The notes under the pieces are model-generated. The model was not told the DNA's origin, ran no database searches, and was given only the letters and a program-made list of their open reading frames with translations. Of a stretch of 60,477 nucleotides of DNA, positions 1 to 9,761 are shown piece by piece. A program made the position numbers and the translations under genes. Within the stretch, counting starts at the first letter, position 1. Every line of letters begins with the position of its first letter. This DNA is from Lentisphaerae bacterium RIFOXYA12_FULL_48_11 (GTDB lineage Bacteria > Verrucomicrobiota > Kiritimatiellia > UBA8416 > YA12-FULL-48-11), in NCBI GenBank assembly GCA_001804885.1, contig MHBM01000050.1, positions 1 to 60,477 of the forward strand. The letters are read 5' to 3'.

Positions 1-1
1 C

Positions 2-1138
2 CGGCTTAATCATATGGTGACAGTCTGCGGTTATGGCTCCAACTGGTACCTGGTCGCCAATTCCTGGGGTACCGACTGGGGCAGCAATGGGTTCACCTAT
101 GTGGATGCCAATTATTTCGAGAACTATTTCGGCGATGTTTTCTATCCTCTGGAAGGAGTTTACACGCCGGCTACCAATTATATTACCCTAAAGGTCACTC
201 ATTCACTCCGCAGTGATTTGCAGGACATGCAACTGTTGATCAACGGTTCAGTCGCTCGCAGTTTTCCTCCTACACCGCAAGATATGCCAACTAATAGCGG
301 GGGCATTTATCTAACCGATAACAGGGATGATCTGAACCTGGCTGTTGATTTGTCGCTTGCAAACTGGCATGCATCCTCAAACCGGGTCACCATCCGTATC
401 GGCGATCGGAAGAGCGGCACGACCGGTACCATCCAGAATTTCACAGTGGTCTACAACGGTGCAACATATTCCAGCACTACCACTCCGGTAAACATTCCTG
501 ACTTAACCGGGTATGGGAGTAACGATGTGCTACTTTACCGGCTGGATACGGAAGCTACCACATACGGATCTGTTAGCGTGGGCGACCAATGGATTCTTGG
601 AGGTATAACAACGAACATAACGGCCATTGCAAATCAGTACTACCACTTCACTAACTGGACTGGTGACGTAACCGGCGGCATGATTTACACCAACCCGCTG
701 GCCCTGATAATGAATCAGCCCAAAGCAGTGACAGCAAATTTCACGGCTAATCTAACATCCAACACATCCACCCCTGAGGCATGGCTGGCAAATTATGGCT
801 ATACCAATTTCAACGAGGATGCAGTAAGAGATCCATTAGGCAAAGGCATGAAGCTTTGGCAGGAATATATCGCCGGAACGGATCCGACAAATGAACATGA
901 TGTGTTTGAGATAAAATCCATAACCAACGAATCGGGTTCTTTCGACATTACATTCTTTGGTCGAACCGGACGATTGTACTGCGCGAACTGCGAATCCAAT
1001 CTGATAGCAGGTCAAGGATGGGCAATTCTTGGCACCCAAAGCAATATTGTCGGCTCTAATGCGGTGATTGAAATTAAAGATCTGGATTTGCTCCCGTCAT
1101 TACGCTTCTATCGAATCGGCGTCCGGTTGCAGGAGTGA
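2..1138 (+). CDS. 5'-partial secreted papain-like (C1A) cysteine peptidase with P-domain-like region, InlB-B-like repeat and EYIAGTDP-type C-terminal domain
   Basis: Frame is open from base 2 and reads RLNHMVTVCGYG...WYLVANSWGTDWGSNGF, matching the catalytic His and Asn motifs of papain-family enzymes. C-terminus WQEYIAGTDPTN...RFYRIGV. Confidence 0.8.
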   Translation, partial: RLNHMVTVCGYGSNWYLVANSWGTDWGSNGFTYVDANYFENYFGDVFYPLEGVYTPATNYITLKVTHSLRSDLQDMQLLINGSVARSFPPTPQDMPTNSGGIYLTDNRDDLNLAVDLSLANWHASSNRVTIRIGDRKSGTTGTIQNFTVVYNGATYSSTTTPVNIPDLTGYGSNDVLLYRLDTEATTYGSVSVGDQWILGGITTNITAIANQYYHFTNWTGDVTGGMIYTNPLALIMNQPKAVTANFTANLTSNTSTPEAWLANYGYTNFNEDAVRDPLGKGMKLWQEYIAGTDPTNEHDVFEIKSITNESGSFDITFFGRTGRLYCANCESNLIAGQGWAILGTQSNIVGSNAVIEIKDLDLLPSLRFYRIGVRLQE

Positions 1139-1672
1139 TGAATAAATAACGATGCTAGAGCGGTTGAAATAATACTGTCATTCAGTCTCCATTTTCCGCG
1201 TTCGCGCGGAATGGAAACCGCAGTTAGCCGAAGCTTCGGCTCAAATGGGCCGGAGAAACGGCATTTAAAAGAATACGCTGATGACAGCGTACGCTACAGA
1301 TCGGAAGAATGCGTTGTGGACAACACACGCTTCCTAGACTCGGTTGCCTGCCTTGCTATAGCCTAGCGACAGCGGGGTCCTGACCCAATCTCTTCGGCTG
1401 TGACAGCCGACCCTATATCATCTCACCAGACGTGTAGCACCCTTTGGCAGCGGAACTTCACTTCGACAAAATCCCTCCTGCTTTCTCACGCTCAGTCGTG
1501 ACCATGAAGCTAGTCCGGATATAGCCCAGAGTAGCCCCTGAGGGGCCGCGCAGGGTTATATGCCGGCCAGCTCATTCGACGCTCATTTTGCATCGAAAAA
1601 ACGCGCTGGCATCTCGTTTGCTATGTGGTGTGGACATGCATGCATAATAAGTTTCTACGTGCGAAAGGTGAA

Positions 1673-3586
1673 ATGCGCGATTGCTTGAGAAAAGCCTTTA
1701 TTTTCGGGGTTTATGTGGGACTCGGCTGTGGCTTTGCCAGCCAGTTGCAGGGGCAAACTATTCACTATGTGGCCCTGAGCGGCGGCAATATTTTCCCCTA
1801 TACAAATTGGTCCGAGGCCGCAAACACAATTACCGGGGCGGTGGCGGCAAGCTCAAACGGTGATGTCATATTGGTGGCCGATGGACATTACCTGCTGACT
1901 GCACCAGTGGTTTTAACAAACAGCATTACACTGTCTGGCACAAACGAGGCTTGCGGAGCGCTTGTGGATGGACAGAACAGCGTTCGCTGTTTCGAATTGA
2001 ATCACGCGAATGCAGTTGTGGCTAATCTGACGGTACAGAAAGGGTATGCAACGGATTATGCCGGCGGGCTTGATATTGTCGCAGGAATGGTAACCAATTG
2101 TACGATCGTCAGTAATCGGGTGGATGCCGCTCGTGCAGACGGTGGCGGCATATGTTTGGGTCCCTGGGGAATCCTGACACACAGCCGTGTACGTTACAAT
2201 ACTGTCACCGGCAGTCTCGATACAGTAGGCGGCGGTGTTTCTGTCTGGGGCTCGGGCGGCGAATACGGGCACGTCTATTCCACCGAAATCAGCGGTAATC
2301 GGGCGTATTCAGATAGCACCAACAGCCTTGGCGGTGGAATCTTCTTTTATGAAGGCGGACTTGGTGAGGCACTACAATTAGAAAACAATATAGCACAAGG
2401 TGCAGGCGGGGGCGCAATGCTCGTTAGAGGTGGACTCTTAAATGACAGCCAACTTATTCGCAATGAAGCAGTCACGCGGGGCGGCGGAATAGCATTTTTT
2501 GAGGTCGGAGGACAGATTGTGGATTGTGATGTTGTCAGCAATAAGGCCGGCAATGTGGGTGGCGGCCTGGATTACTTCGAAGGGGGAAGCGCATCAGGAA
2601 TGTATTGCGTGTCAAACTATGCTGCCAAAGGAGGCGGAGCATACTTCTCCTCTGGCGGCGCAGCCACAAACTGTACGTTTGCCTATAACAGCGCTCAGAC
2701 AGGTGGTGGTATTTATACAACAAATGCACCGGCTACTGATCCTGGAAGACTGCATGCGTCCATCGTCAGCTTCAATCAACCGGATAATTACTTTTTTTCA
2801 AGTGCATTCAGTCAGTTTCTCGAATATTGCCTGATCACACCCAGTAACGCCTATTTCAATGGCGCCGGTGTTTTGATAGGTGAGCCAACGCTGCTGGCGG
2901 ACGGCTCAGGGCGCCTGCAAGTTGGTTCATTAGGGATTGATCAGGGTAGCAGCAGCGGGGCCCCCCGCCGTGAAGACCTTTTGCAGGATTATCCCGCCGA
3001 TGCGAATTTTGATGGAACTACTCTTTTCGACATAGGCGCATTCGAATTCAGCAATCTGCGTGATTCAGATAGTGACGGTATGCCTGATGGATGGGTATAC
3101 CGCTATTTTGGACAAATCACCGGGGTAGCCACCAACGACGACACCGATGGCGACTCAAGGAGCAATCTGGCAGAGTTTGAAAATAATACCAATCCGATCA
3201 ATGATCTGGACGATGGCTGGGCCTGGCTTGATGGCCTTCCATTGGGGTGGCGTTCTAAATACTTCCCTACCAATAATTTGACCGTACAACCTGGGGATGA
3301 CGCCGATAATGATGGAATGTCGAATCTCGAGGAAGCTATAGCGGGCACGAATCCGACCAATGAAGCTTCATATTTCAATTTATCTGTACTCAAAGAAGCC
3401 TCAGGCCGTTTGCTCTTATATTGGACAGGGGCTCCAGACAGAACTTATCACGTACATGGCGCAGATACGCTGATTTCCACCAATTCTTTCAATAAAATCC
3501 ACTCCCTGCCTTCAAGTCCTGTTTACAGGGATCTGGAATATATACCAGAAGGGGGCAATTTCTTCCGGTTATCTGTCGAATATTAA
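1673..3586 (+). CDS. secreted right-handed beta-helix (pectin-lyase-like/polymorphic repeat) protein with choice-of-anchor-Q-like motif, Ca-binding DxDxDG repeats and C-terminal domain
   Basis: Signal-peptide-like start after AAAGGTG; repeated N-x-A-x-x-GGG(I/A) units; DIGAFEF; DSDSDGMPDGW and DADNDGMSNLEEAIAGTNP; ends FFRLSVEY. Confidence 0.7.
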   Translation: MRDCLRKAFIFGVYVGLGCGFASQLQGQTIHYVALSGGNIFPYTNWSEAANTITGAVAASSNGDVILVADGHYLLTAPVVLTNSITLSGTNEACGALVDGQNSVRCFELNHANAVVANLTVQKGYATDYAGGLDIVAGMVTNCTIVSNRVDAARADGGGICLGPWGILTHSRVRYNTVTGSLDTVGGGVSVWGSGGEYGHVYSTEISGNRAYSDSTNSLGGGIFFYEGGLGEALQLENNIAQGAGGGAMLVRGGLLNDSQLIRNEAVTRGGGIAFFEVGGQIVDCDVVSNKAGNVGGGLDYFEGGSASGMYCVSNYAAKGGGAYFSSGGAATNCTFAYNSAQTGGGIYTTNAPATDPGRLHASIVSFNQPDNYFFSSAFSQFLEYCLITPSNAYFNGAGVLIGEPTLLADGSGRLQVGSLGIDQGSSSGAPRREDLLQDYPADANFDGTTLFDIGAFEFSNLRDSDSDGMPDGWVYRYFGQITGVATNDDTDGDSRSNLAEFENNTNPINDLDDGWAWLDGLPLGWRSKYFPTNNLTVQPGDDADNDGMSNLEEAIAGTNPTNEASYFNLSVLKEASGRLLLYWTGAPDRTYHVHGADTLISTNSFNKIHSLPSSPVYRDLEYIPEGGNFFRLSVEY

Positions 3587-3720
3587 GGATTATCACTTTG
3601 TATTTAAGCAATGGGTGGAAATGCCGATGATTGTTTCAAGCGGTTGTTTTTTAGCAGACATCAAACCAAGGAGGGTTAGTGATGTTTTTTTACAAACAGT
3701 TAAGGTCTAAGGAGAGAAAC

Positions 3721-6258
3721 ATGAGAGCAAATGGAGTGATAGGAGTGGTACTGGCAGCAGTTTTGAGTCTAACAATTGGGTTATCAGCATTTGCTGATCC
3801 GGTATCTGAAGATACCGCAATGAGACTGGTTAGCAATTGGCTGGTCGCTGAGAAAATGACAGGCTACACGGCAAAAAGCGTGCAAGCCGTCACCGCGGAG
3901 GATGGAACAATTCTCCATTATATCGTGAAATGTAACCCAAAGGGGTTTGTGATTATTGCGTCGGATACCCGCATGGAGCCCATCATTGCTTTTTCAGGGG
4001 CAGATAACACAAGAACTGATAACCCGCTGTTTAGTATAGCCCGGCAGGATACTACGACACGCCGAAAACTGCTGGACACCGCCGATGCTCTTCGTGCTAC
4101 AACAGCTTCGAAGAAAATGGCGCAACAGGACGCGCCTGTCACCGCTGACACATCAGCAGAGGATAATCTGATCACTCAGTTGGATGCAGTCGAGAAGGAA
4201 TCGGCTGACAAATGGAGTTCCATTCTGACTGCCAGTTCAAGACCCCGTAAAGGAAGCGGGAGTGACGATCCTATTGCAGCTCTCCGACCAACTCGCGACA
4301 TTGTGGCATATGATGCACCACCTGCTGAAGGCACCCCTACAGAGGCTTTTGCCCCAGCCGGACTAACCGTATGGACAGCACCAATCATAGAAACCTCATG
4401 GGATCAGAACAAACAGTTTGGTAATTTTGGTTCTAATCTTTATAACCTAATGACCCCCAGTAACCGTCTTGCGGGTTGCGGTCCAGTCGCATTGGCACAG
4501 GTCATGTTCTACCACAAATGGCCAATGCAGGAATTGGGTTCAACTGCAGGAACCGCTGTAGTTCAACAAGTCAATGGCACCTACAGTACTAATGCCTATA
4601 ATTACTTTGCGACCTATACGAACGCAACAGGCGTTTTGTCCATGACTAATATGTCCCTGGAATATAAGAACGACGCTTCAGCTTCCGTAACTTGGACAAA
4701 TGTATCAAAATTGATGGCTGATATTGGTGTTGCAGCTGGTGCCACCTATTATACAAACCAGACTGGAACAACCTTGCAGAATCTCCATACTGCAATGACT
4801 GACGTTTTCCAGTATCCGAGAGCTGTCTATGGCAGTACGTCCAATAATTTCATTGAAATTTTGAATCTCAATGTTCTTGGGAAAAAACCTGTGGTGATGG
4901 CATTCGCTAATTCCGCCGCACTTGATGCAGGTCATATCGCTGTTGTAGACGGGTATGCCGTCTCTGCCCAAAACACCAAGTTTCATCACTTGAACCTTGG
5001 GTGGGGTGAGGTTGGTGAAAACACAGCATGGTATAACCTGCCGACGATTATCGCGTACAATACCATACAGGGCTTTATTTATAATATCATGACCAATGGC
5101 GAAGAGCTTGTTACCGGCCGTATTCTTGACTCAGCCTCGTCGGCCCCGGTGGAGAATGTCACCATAACCATTGGTTCAAAAACCAGCACATCGGACGAAT
5201 ATGGCGTCTATGGCATAGAGGTGGATTCTGCCAGCGTTAATGAGGTAGTACTTTCCAAGATAGGGTATGTGACACAAACTTATACGGTCACCAACGGAAC
5301 GTCTTCTGCAAATACCCCTGGTAATAAATACAATTCTATTACGCTTGTAAAAGCACCAGACATGTCTTTTACGGCAGGGACCTACGGTAGTAACATTGTG
5401 CTATCATGGTCTTGCCCGACAAACTCCTATTATCCTAAGGATATTATCATTATTGCCACAACGAATGCCGGCGGCGCGGATACAGGCTATGCCACGTATT
5501 GGACCAACGCAACAATGCCAACGGAGTGGTTTACAAACTGGAGTGAGGGTACGTGGATAGCAGGGGCTACCAACTCCGCCCCAGCAGTGCTTTTACCGTC
5601 CAATCAGGTTTTCTGGGCCGATGGAGAAGCGACCACCAATCTGCTACTTTCTGATATGCCACTGAACGTTACCTACTACTTCAAAATGTGGGCTACGAAT
5701 GCAACGACGGGGTTCATTGAAATCGAGAATGGTACGTCAATGGCATATGTCACGCCTGATTCAAATAATGAAATTCTCTATTTCCAGGAGACGAATGCAA
5801 CAGGCAAGGCCTATTTCATGATGCCCAAAGCTGGTCAGCAAACTAGTGGGACTTATCAGTGGAAATATGAAGGCTGGTGTGCAGAAAGTAATATGTCACT
5901 CTACAACCTCGCCGGCTCTGCGGATTTCAACTCTAACGGTATTCCAGATATCGTCTGGCAACGGAAAACCGATTCAGCAAACAATGATGAGAATTATATT
6001 CTCTGGGATATGAATCTGGACGGAACACTGAACGAGGCGCATAGTATGTTGGCTTCTGTTAATATTGGGGCTGCTTGGCCGATGGTTGGCATCAAAGACA
6101 TGGATACCGATTCTCATCCTGATATTGTTCTAAGCAATACGAATGACAGTCGCATGTTAATCTACTATATGACTAGCGGCATCTACAATGCCTCGAGTCC
6201 CATCATTACCAATACACAGCCTTTGAGTGTTCAGTTCAGAGTACCGGGTAATCGGTAA
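3721..6258 (+). CDS. secreted C10 (streptopain-like) cysteine peptidase with Spi-like prodomain, carboxypeptidase-regulatory-like and FG-GAP-like domains
   Basis: GGAGAG RBS, signal peptide, prodomain motif GFVIIASD, catalytic AGCGPVALAQVM, GHIAVVDGY, HLNLGWG; ADFNSNGIPDIVW near the C-terminus. Confidence 0.85.
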   Translation: MRANGVIGVVLAAVLSLTIGLSAFADPVSEDTAMRLVSNWLVAEKMTGYTAKSVQAVTAEDGTILHYIVKCNPKGFVIIASDTRMEPIIAFSGADNTRTDNPLFSIARQDTTTRRKLLDTADALRATTASKKMAQQDAPVTADTSAEDNLITQLDAVEKESADKWSSILTASSRPRKGSGSDDPIAALRPTRDIVAYDAPPAEGTPTEAFAPAGLTVWTAPIIETSWDQNKQFGNFGSNLYNLMTPSNRLAGCGPVALAQVMFYHKWPMQELGSTAGTAVVQQVNGTYSTNAYNYFATYTNATGVLSMTNMSLEYKNDASASVTWTNVSKLMADIGVAAGATYYTNQTGTTLQNLHTAMTDVFQYPRAVYGSTSNNFIEILNLNVLGKKPVVMAFANSAALDAGHIAVVDGYAVSAQNTKFHHLNLGWGEVGENTAWYNLPTIIAYNTIQGFIYNIMTNGEELVTGRILDSASSAPVENVTITIGSKTSTSDEYGVYGIEVDSASVNEVVLSKIGYVTQTYTVTNGTSSANTPGNKYNSITLVKAPDMSFTAGTYGSNIVLSWSCPTNSYYPKDIIIIATTNAGGADTGYATYWTNATMPTEWFTNWSEGTWIAGATNSAPAVLLPSNQVFWADGEATTNLLLSDMPLNVTYYFKMWATNATTGFIEIENGTSMAYVTPDSNNEILYFQETNATGKAYFMMPKAGQQTSGTYQWKYEGWCAESNMSLYNLAGSADFNSNGIPDIVWQRKTDSANNDENYILWDMNLDGTLNEAHSMLASVNIGAAWPMVGIKDMDTDSHPDIVLSNTNDSRMLIYYMTSGIYNASSPIITNTQPLSVQFRVPGNR

Positions 6259-6271
6259 GAGTTAAGCGACC

Positions 6272-6305
6272 AAAAAGCTCCACCGGAATTCCGGTGGAGC
6301 TTTTT
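6272..6305. terminator. bidirectional intrinsic terminator (perfect 34-bp palindrome)
   Basis: AAAAAGCTCCACCGG-AATT-CCGGTGGAGCTTTTT between convergent genes. Confidence 0.85.
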
Positions 6306-6561
6306 GCGTTTATATACCCTATCCTTCCCGAGCCCTCTTCGTTCCCTTCGCGTCCTTCTATTTTGATCCCGCTCGATTCTCCAGTTCGTGAACTTTTGTA
6401 AAACACTCCGACAATCTGCGGTTACATCTTCCGACTCGAAGCCTACGGCTCCGCAAACGAAACACGGGCCTGCCCTGCGTAGTCAGTTCAAGACGAAGCA
6501 CGGGTGGTGAAAACTCTTCCTCTTCTTCGTAAGCGTTACCCGGGGCTCAGCCGCCGTATCT

Positions 6562-7704
6562 TCAAGGCACGAGATTTTCCAGGAACCAGGGAAGAGAACA
6601 GGAAACAAGTCCCCCTGATTCAAAACTGTCATTAGTTCGTGAAACAAGAATACATTTATCAGCAGAAATCATCGTGGCTGTCCTGGCAAGATTCTTCATG
6701 TCATCTTCAGAAGGCGAAGAAGAAAGCTTGACCTCTATAGCCCAGATTTGTTTCCTGACCTTTACCACCAGATCCAGTTCATACCCGTCAGAAGTTCGGA
6801 AGAAACTCGCGTCAGGATTCAATCCTGACAAGCACAGGCCAGTTATCAACTGTTCAATAACATATCCTTCCCAGCTGTGGCCTACCCACGGCTGGGAAAG
6901 AAGATCATCTTCGGATGTGATACCGGCTAAGGCATGAAGCAGGCCGGAATCCCGCCAGTAAAGCTTCGGACTTTTTGTTAGCCGTTTCCGCATGTTTACA
7001 TGATATGATTGAAGCCTTCTGACAATATAGGCTCCCTCCAGAAAGTCAACGTACGTGTTGACGGTATTGTGAGACAAGCCTAGACTTTTCCCGATTTGCG
7101 AGGCATTCCATAATTGGCCATTACATATAGTAAGCATTTTCAGCAGTCTTGATGTCAACTGAGGCCTTGCATGCATACCCCAATTCGGAAGATCACGTTG
7201 CGCCAGGAGGTTAAGATAATCAATTTGCCATTGCGGAAATTTGGAACCTCCAAGTATACCTCCATCGGGATAGCCACCATAAAACCAATGGTGGCGACTG
7301 TGTGCTTTGTGCAATTCCTGCAGCATGAGCGGGGTCAGCTCGACAAGGGATAGTCTGCCTGTCAGCGCCTCCGACACATGGGTCATCAGAAATGGAGAAA
7401 CCGATCCCAGGATAAGGAACCGCGCATTCCTTTTCCGGTCTAAGTCAATGGCTGATCGGATTCTCGGAAAGATTTCCGGCCATGCCTGAGCCTCATCGAG
7501 GATGATTAATTCGTTGGCTGAAATTAGATCGTTCCATTGTGTATCAAGTTTCAGGCGGCTTGATTCTGTTTCAAGGTCAAAATAGATACCTGCAAACGAC
7601 TTCGCCAACGTTGTTTTGCCGGCCTGGCGGGGCCCCAGCAGACCGACAGCCGGGAAGAGGGAAAGCCTTTTCTTAACTGTATCTTTTAACAAACGTTTAA
7701 TCAT
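6562..7704 (-). CDS. AAA_14 + DUF4143 ATPase (copy 1)
   Basis: Walker A GPRQAGKT, Walker B IILDEAQ, LGS motif, central HTH-like NASQIGKSLGLSHNTVNTY, KLYWRDSGL, C-terminal ELDLV...IEVK. Start reset to ATG 7704. Confidence 0.85.
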   Translation of the reverse strand: MIKRLLKDTVKKRLSLFPAVGLLGPRQAGKTTLAKSFAGIYFDLETESSRLKLDTQWNDLISANELIILDEAQAWPEIFPRIRSAIDLDRKRNARFLILGSVSPFLMTHVSEALTGRLSLVELTPLMLQELHKAHSRHHWFYGGYPDGGILGGSKFPQWQIDYLNLLAQRDLPNWGMHARPQLTSRLLKMLTICNGQLWNASQIGKSLGLSHNTVNTYVDFLEGAYIVRRLQSYHVNMRKRLTKSPKLYWRDSGLLHALAGITSEDDLLSQPWVGHSWEGYVIEQLITGLCLSGLNPDASFFRTSDGYELDLVVKVRKQIWAIEVKLSSSPSEDDMKNLARTATMISADKCILVSRTNDSFESGGLVSCSLPWFLENLVP

Positions 7705-8231
7705 CTTCTTGATGATTGTAAATGGATTTACAAATTGCAAGAACAATCATTCTGTTATTTCTCTCAAAATCCTTCGCTGCCTTCCATGGCACGCCATAGT
7801 TCCGAAGGAACGACGGCGGCTGTTAACAACGCCCCAGCCTCTTCACTTGGTGAACTTGGCGATCTTTGTGGTAAAGAATCTTCTCCTCTCGGATTTTTAA
7901 CACCCGCGCTTCCCAGCGCTCCCATCTTCGCCAAAGCGCTACGACGTGGCAAGCAAGTTGCCCAAGTACACGAAGGAAAGATTAAGCACCATCTTCGTAC
8001 TACTATCTGTCAGAATCGTGTTTTTTTATGCAGAAGCTAAGAATAGTTCACCACGAAGAAAGAACAAGGGTGCACGAAGTGAAGCAAAAAGTATTTCTTT
8101 GTGTCCTTCGGGCACTTGCCTGTCCGCCGCAGCTATGGATTACAGGGGCGAAGGCTGGAAGGCCGGGAGGCCGGGTGGTTAAAATATTCTTTGGTTGCGG
8201 CTTCCCGCGCTGTGAACTTTGCCGTAAGATC

Positions 8232-8645
8232 TCACCTTTGGAAACCGGCCAGCAATTCGTCAGGAGCAAAAACCTTCAGCGCGGCATGACGAAAATCCTT
8301 TTGATTTCGTGTAACAACAACCTCGGCTCCTGCCAGTCTGCCGGCTTGATCAAGAACTGCATCCTCAAAATCCGTGAGTTTACTTTTAAGAGCTTCTTCC
8401 AAAACGACACGATTAACCGACGCAATTTCAAACAGTTCCAATAACTTCCTCAGCGCTTGAGTGGCAGAGGAACGAGACATGGATTGCATAAGAAGATAGT
8501 CAATCGTTGTAATAGTTGTCGCGCACAAAAGTCCTTCGATTTTTGAGTGTTCAACCAGAGAGAATACTTCTGCAGAAGCGCCGACAAATGGCTGCCGTGC
8601 AAGAAGCACATCCAGTACAACGTTGGTATCGACCAGTATCCTCAC
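8232..8645 (-). CDS. PIN-domain (VapC-like) toxin
   Basis: N-terminal ILVDTNVVLD, DFEDA and VTRNQKDF acidic PIN motifs; 4-nt overlap with the upstream antitoxin. Confidence 0.85.
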   Translation of the reverse strand: MRILVDTNVVLDVLLARQPFVGASAEVFSLVEHSKIEGLLCATTITTIDYLLMQSMSRSSATQALRKLLELFEIASVNRVVLEEALKSKLTDFEDAVLDQAGRLAGAEVVVTRNQKDFRHAALKVFAPDELLAGFQR

Positions 8646-8881
8646 GAATACTTCTCCCTCAGGTGCTTCCGATATTCGGATTCAGTAATATCACGATCTT
8701 TCAAGATACCAATCAACGACTTCGTAACAGGGGGGAGTTCCTGTTCCGTACGACGCCCCGATGCCAGGGAATCAAAGAACTCCCCGACTATTTTTGAAAC
8801 CGACTTGCCTCGACGACCCGCCTCTTCTTTGGCTGTCCGAATCAGTTCAGTATCCATACGTAATGTGAGCTTTGTATTCAT
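8642..8881 (-). CDS. DUF6364-like ribbon-helix-helix antitoxin
   Basis: MNTKLTLRMDTELIRTAKEEAGRRGKSVSKIV, an RHH-type pattern, directly upstream of the PIN gene. Confidence 0.75.
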   Translation of the reverse strand: MNTKLTLRMDTELIRTAKEEAGRRGKSVSKIVGEFFDSLASGRRTEQELPPVTKSLIGILKDRDITESEYRKHLREKYS

Positions 8882-8917
8882 GACGTACAAGCTACTATAA
8901 TGTGTACGTCAAGTCAA
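8881..8917 (-). promoter_or_regulatory. TA promoter with palindromic operator
   Basis: Minus strand TTGACT-17-TAGCTT-7-ATG; 9-bp inverted repeat TGACGTACA (8881-8889) / TGTACGTCA (8903-8911). Confidence 0.6.
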
Positions 8918-9276
8918 TCCATTTTTTTTCGTTTCAGTCTCCCCATCGGCGTCATCCAGCCTTCGCTCGGAAGCTACGGCGGACAAGTCTGCGAAATCGG
9001 CGGTTACCTCATCTTCTTACACATCAGTGCTATCCTTCTAATCCGTGGTCAATAATCTTCTGCCCCCTTCGTGAACTCGGTGGTAAAAGAGCCTTTTCTG
9101 ATCCATCCCAAACACCCCAATCGGCAAAAATTTCCGCTTGTGGCATCCCCCCTGCTATTTAACCTCCTACAGTCAAAGATACCTGCATAATTGACGGGCA
9201 CGGAGTGTATCAATCACCAGCAAGTTACAATCTTCAATATGTTGCAAATGAATAACTTACACAAGGAGAATATCCG

Positions 9277-9483
9277 ATGAAGACCATATTCATGACTGCT
9301 GGAAAAGCCAGAGGAACCCCCCAGGCTAAGGCGCAAACGACAGCACCCGGAGTAATCAACTACACCCCGCCCCAATCATCTTTCTTAGCCCCAACCCAGA
9401 AAAAGCTGCAACTTATCCTCAAAACAGCCTTTTCAGAACATTCCTACGAATTTGCCATCGATTCCGACGGCCTGACAGCATGA
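9277..9483 (+). CDS. small hypothetical protein (68 aa)
   Basis: AAGGAG RBS 8 nt upstream of the ATG; no recognisable motif. Confidence 0.4.
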   Translation: MKTIFMTAGKARGTPQAKAQTTAPGVINYTPPQSSFLAPTQKKLQLILKTAFSEHSYEFAIDSDGLTA

Positions 9484-9642
9484 AAAACATGATCACCACA
9501 AAGTTCACCAAGAACACCAAGTTAAAATCCCTCTCTTGCCGAAATCATCCCGACCTCTTGGAGCGTCGGGATGTGGAGACCGTATGACGCATTTTGTTTC
9601 TTCGGGAAAAGATTTTATGTCAGATAGCCCAAAGCGCAAGGC

Positions 9643-9684
9643 GTCGCAGGTGGCGTCTGTATACGTATACGCGCCATCTGCGAC
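9643..9684. repeat. REP-like palindrome upstream of the glycan locus
   Basis: GTCGCAGGTGGCG...CGCCATCTGCGAC imperfect inverted repeat; a second hairpin ATCCCGAC...GTCGGGAT lies at 9547-9572. Confidence 0.6.
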
Positions 9685-9761
9685 AACACAGCGAATGAGG
9701 TAATATCACGTAAAAGAGTTTCTCGCGAAAGGCGTCATGCATTCTTGATTTCTCTCAACAC

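Noticed and set aside
1340-1390. c-di-GMP-I riboswitch suggested by GACAGCGGGGT
   Set aside because: The upstream GGCAAA / GAAA / ACGCAAAGC elements are missing.
1139-1672. tmRNA, RNase P RNA or group II intron
   Set aside because: No tRNA-like ends, no GAGGAAAGUCC and no domain V motif on either strand.
7735-8444. Cluster of short ORFs between ATPase copy 1 and the PIN gene
   Set aside because: They translate palindromic repeat DNA or overlap the PIN gene antisense; no RBS or motif.
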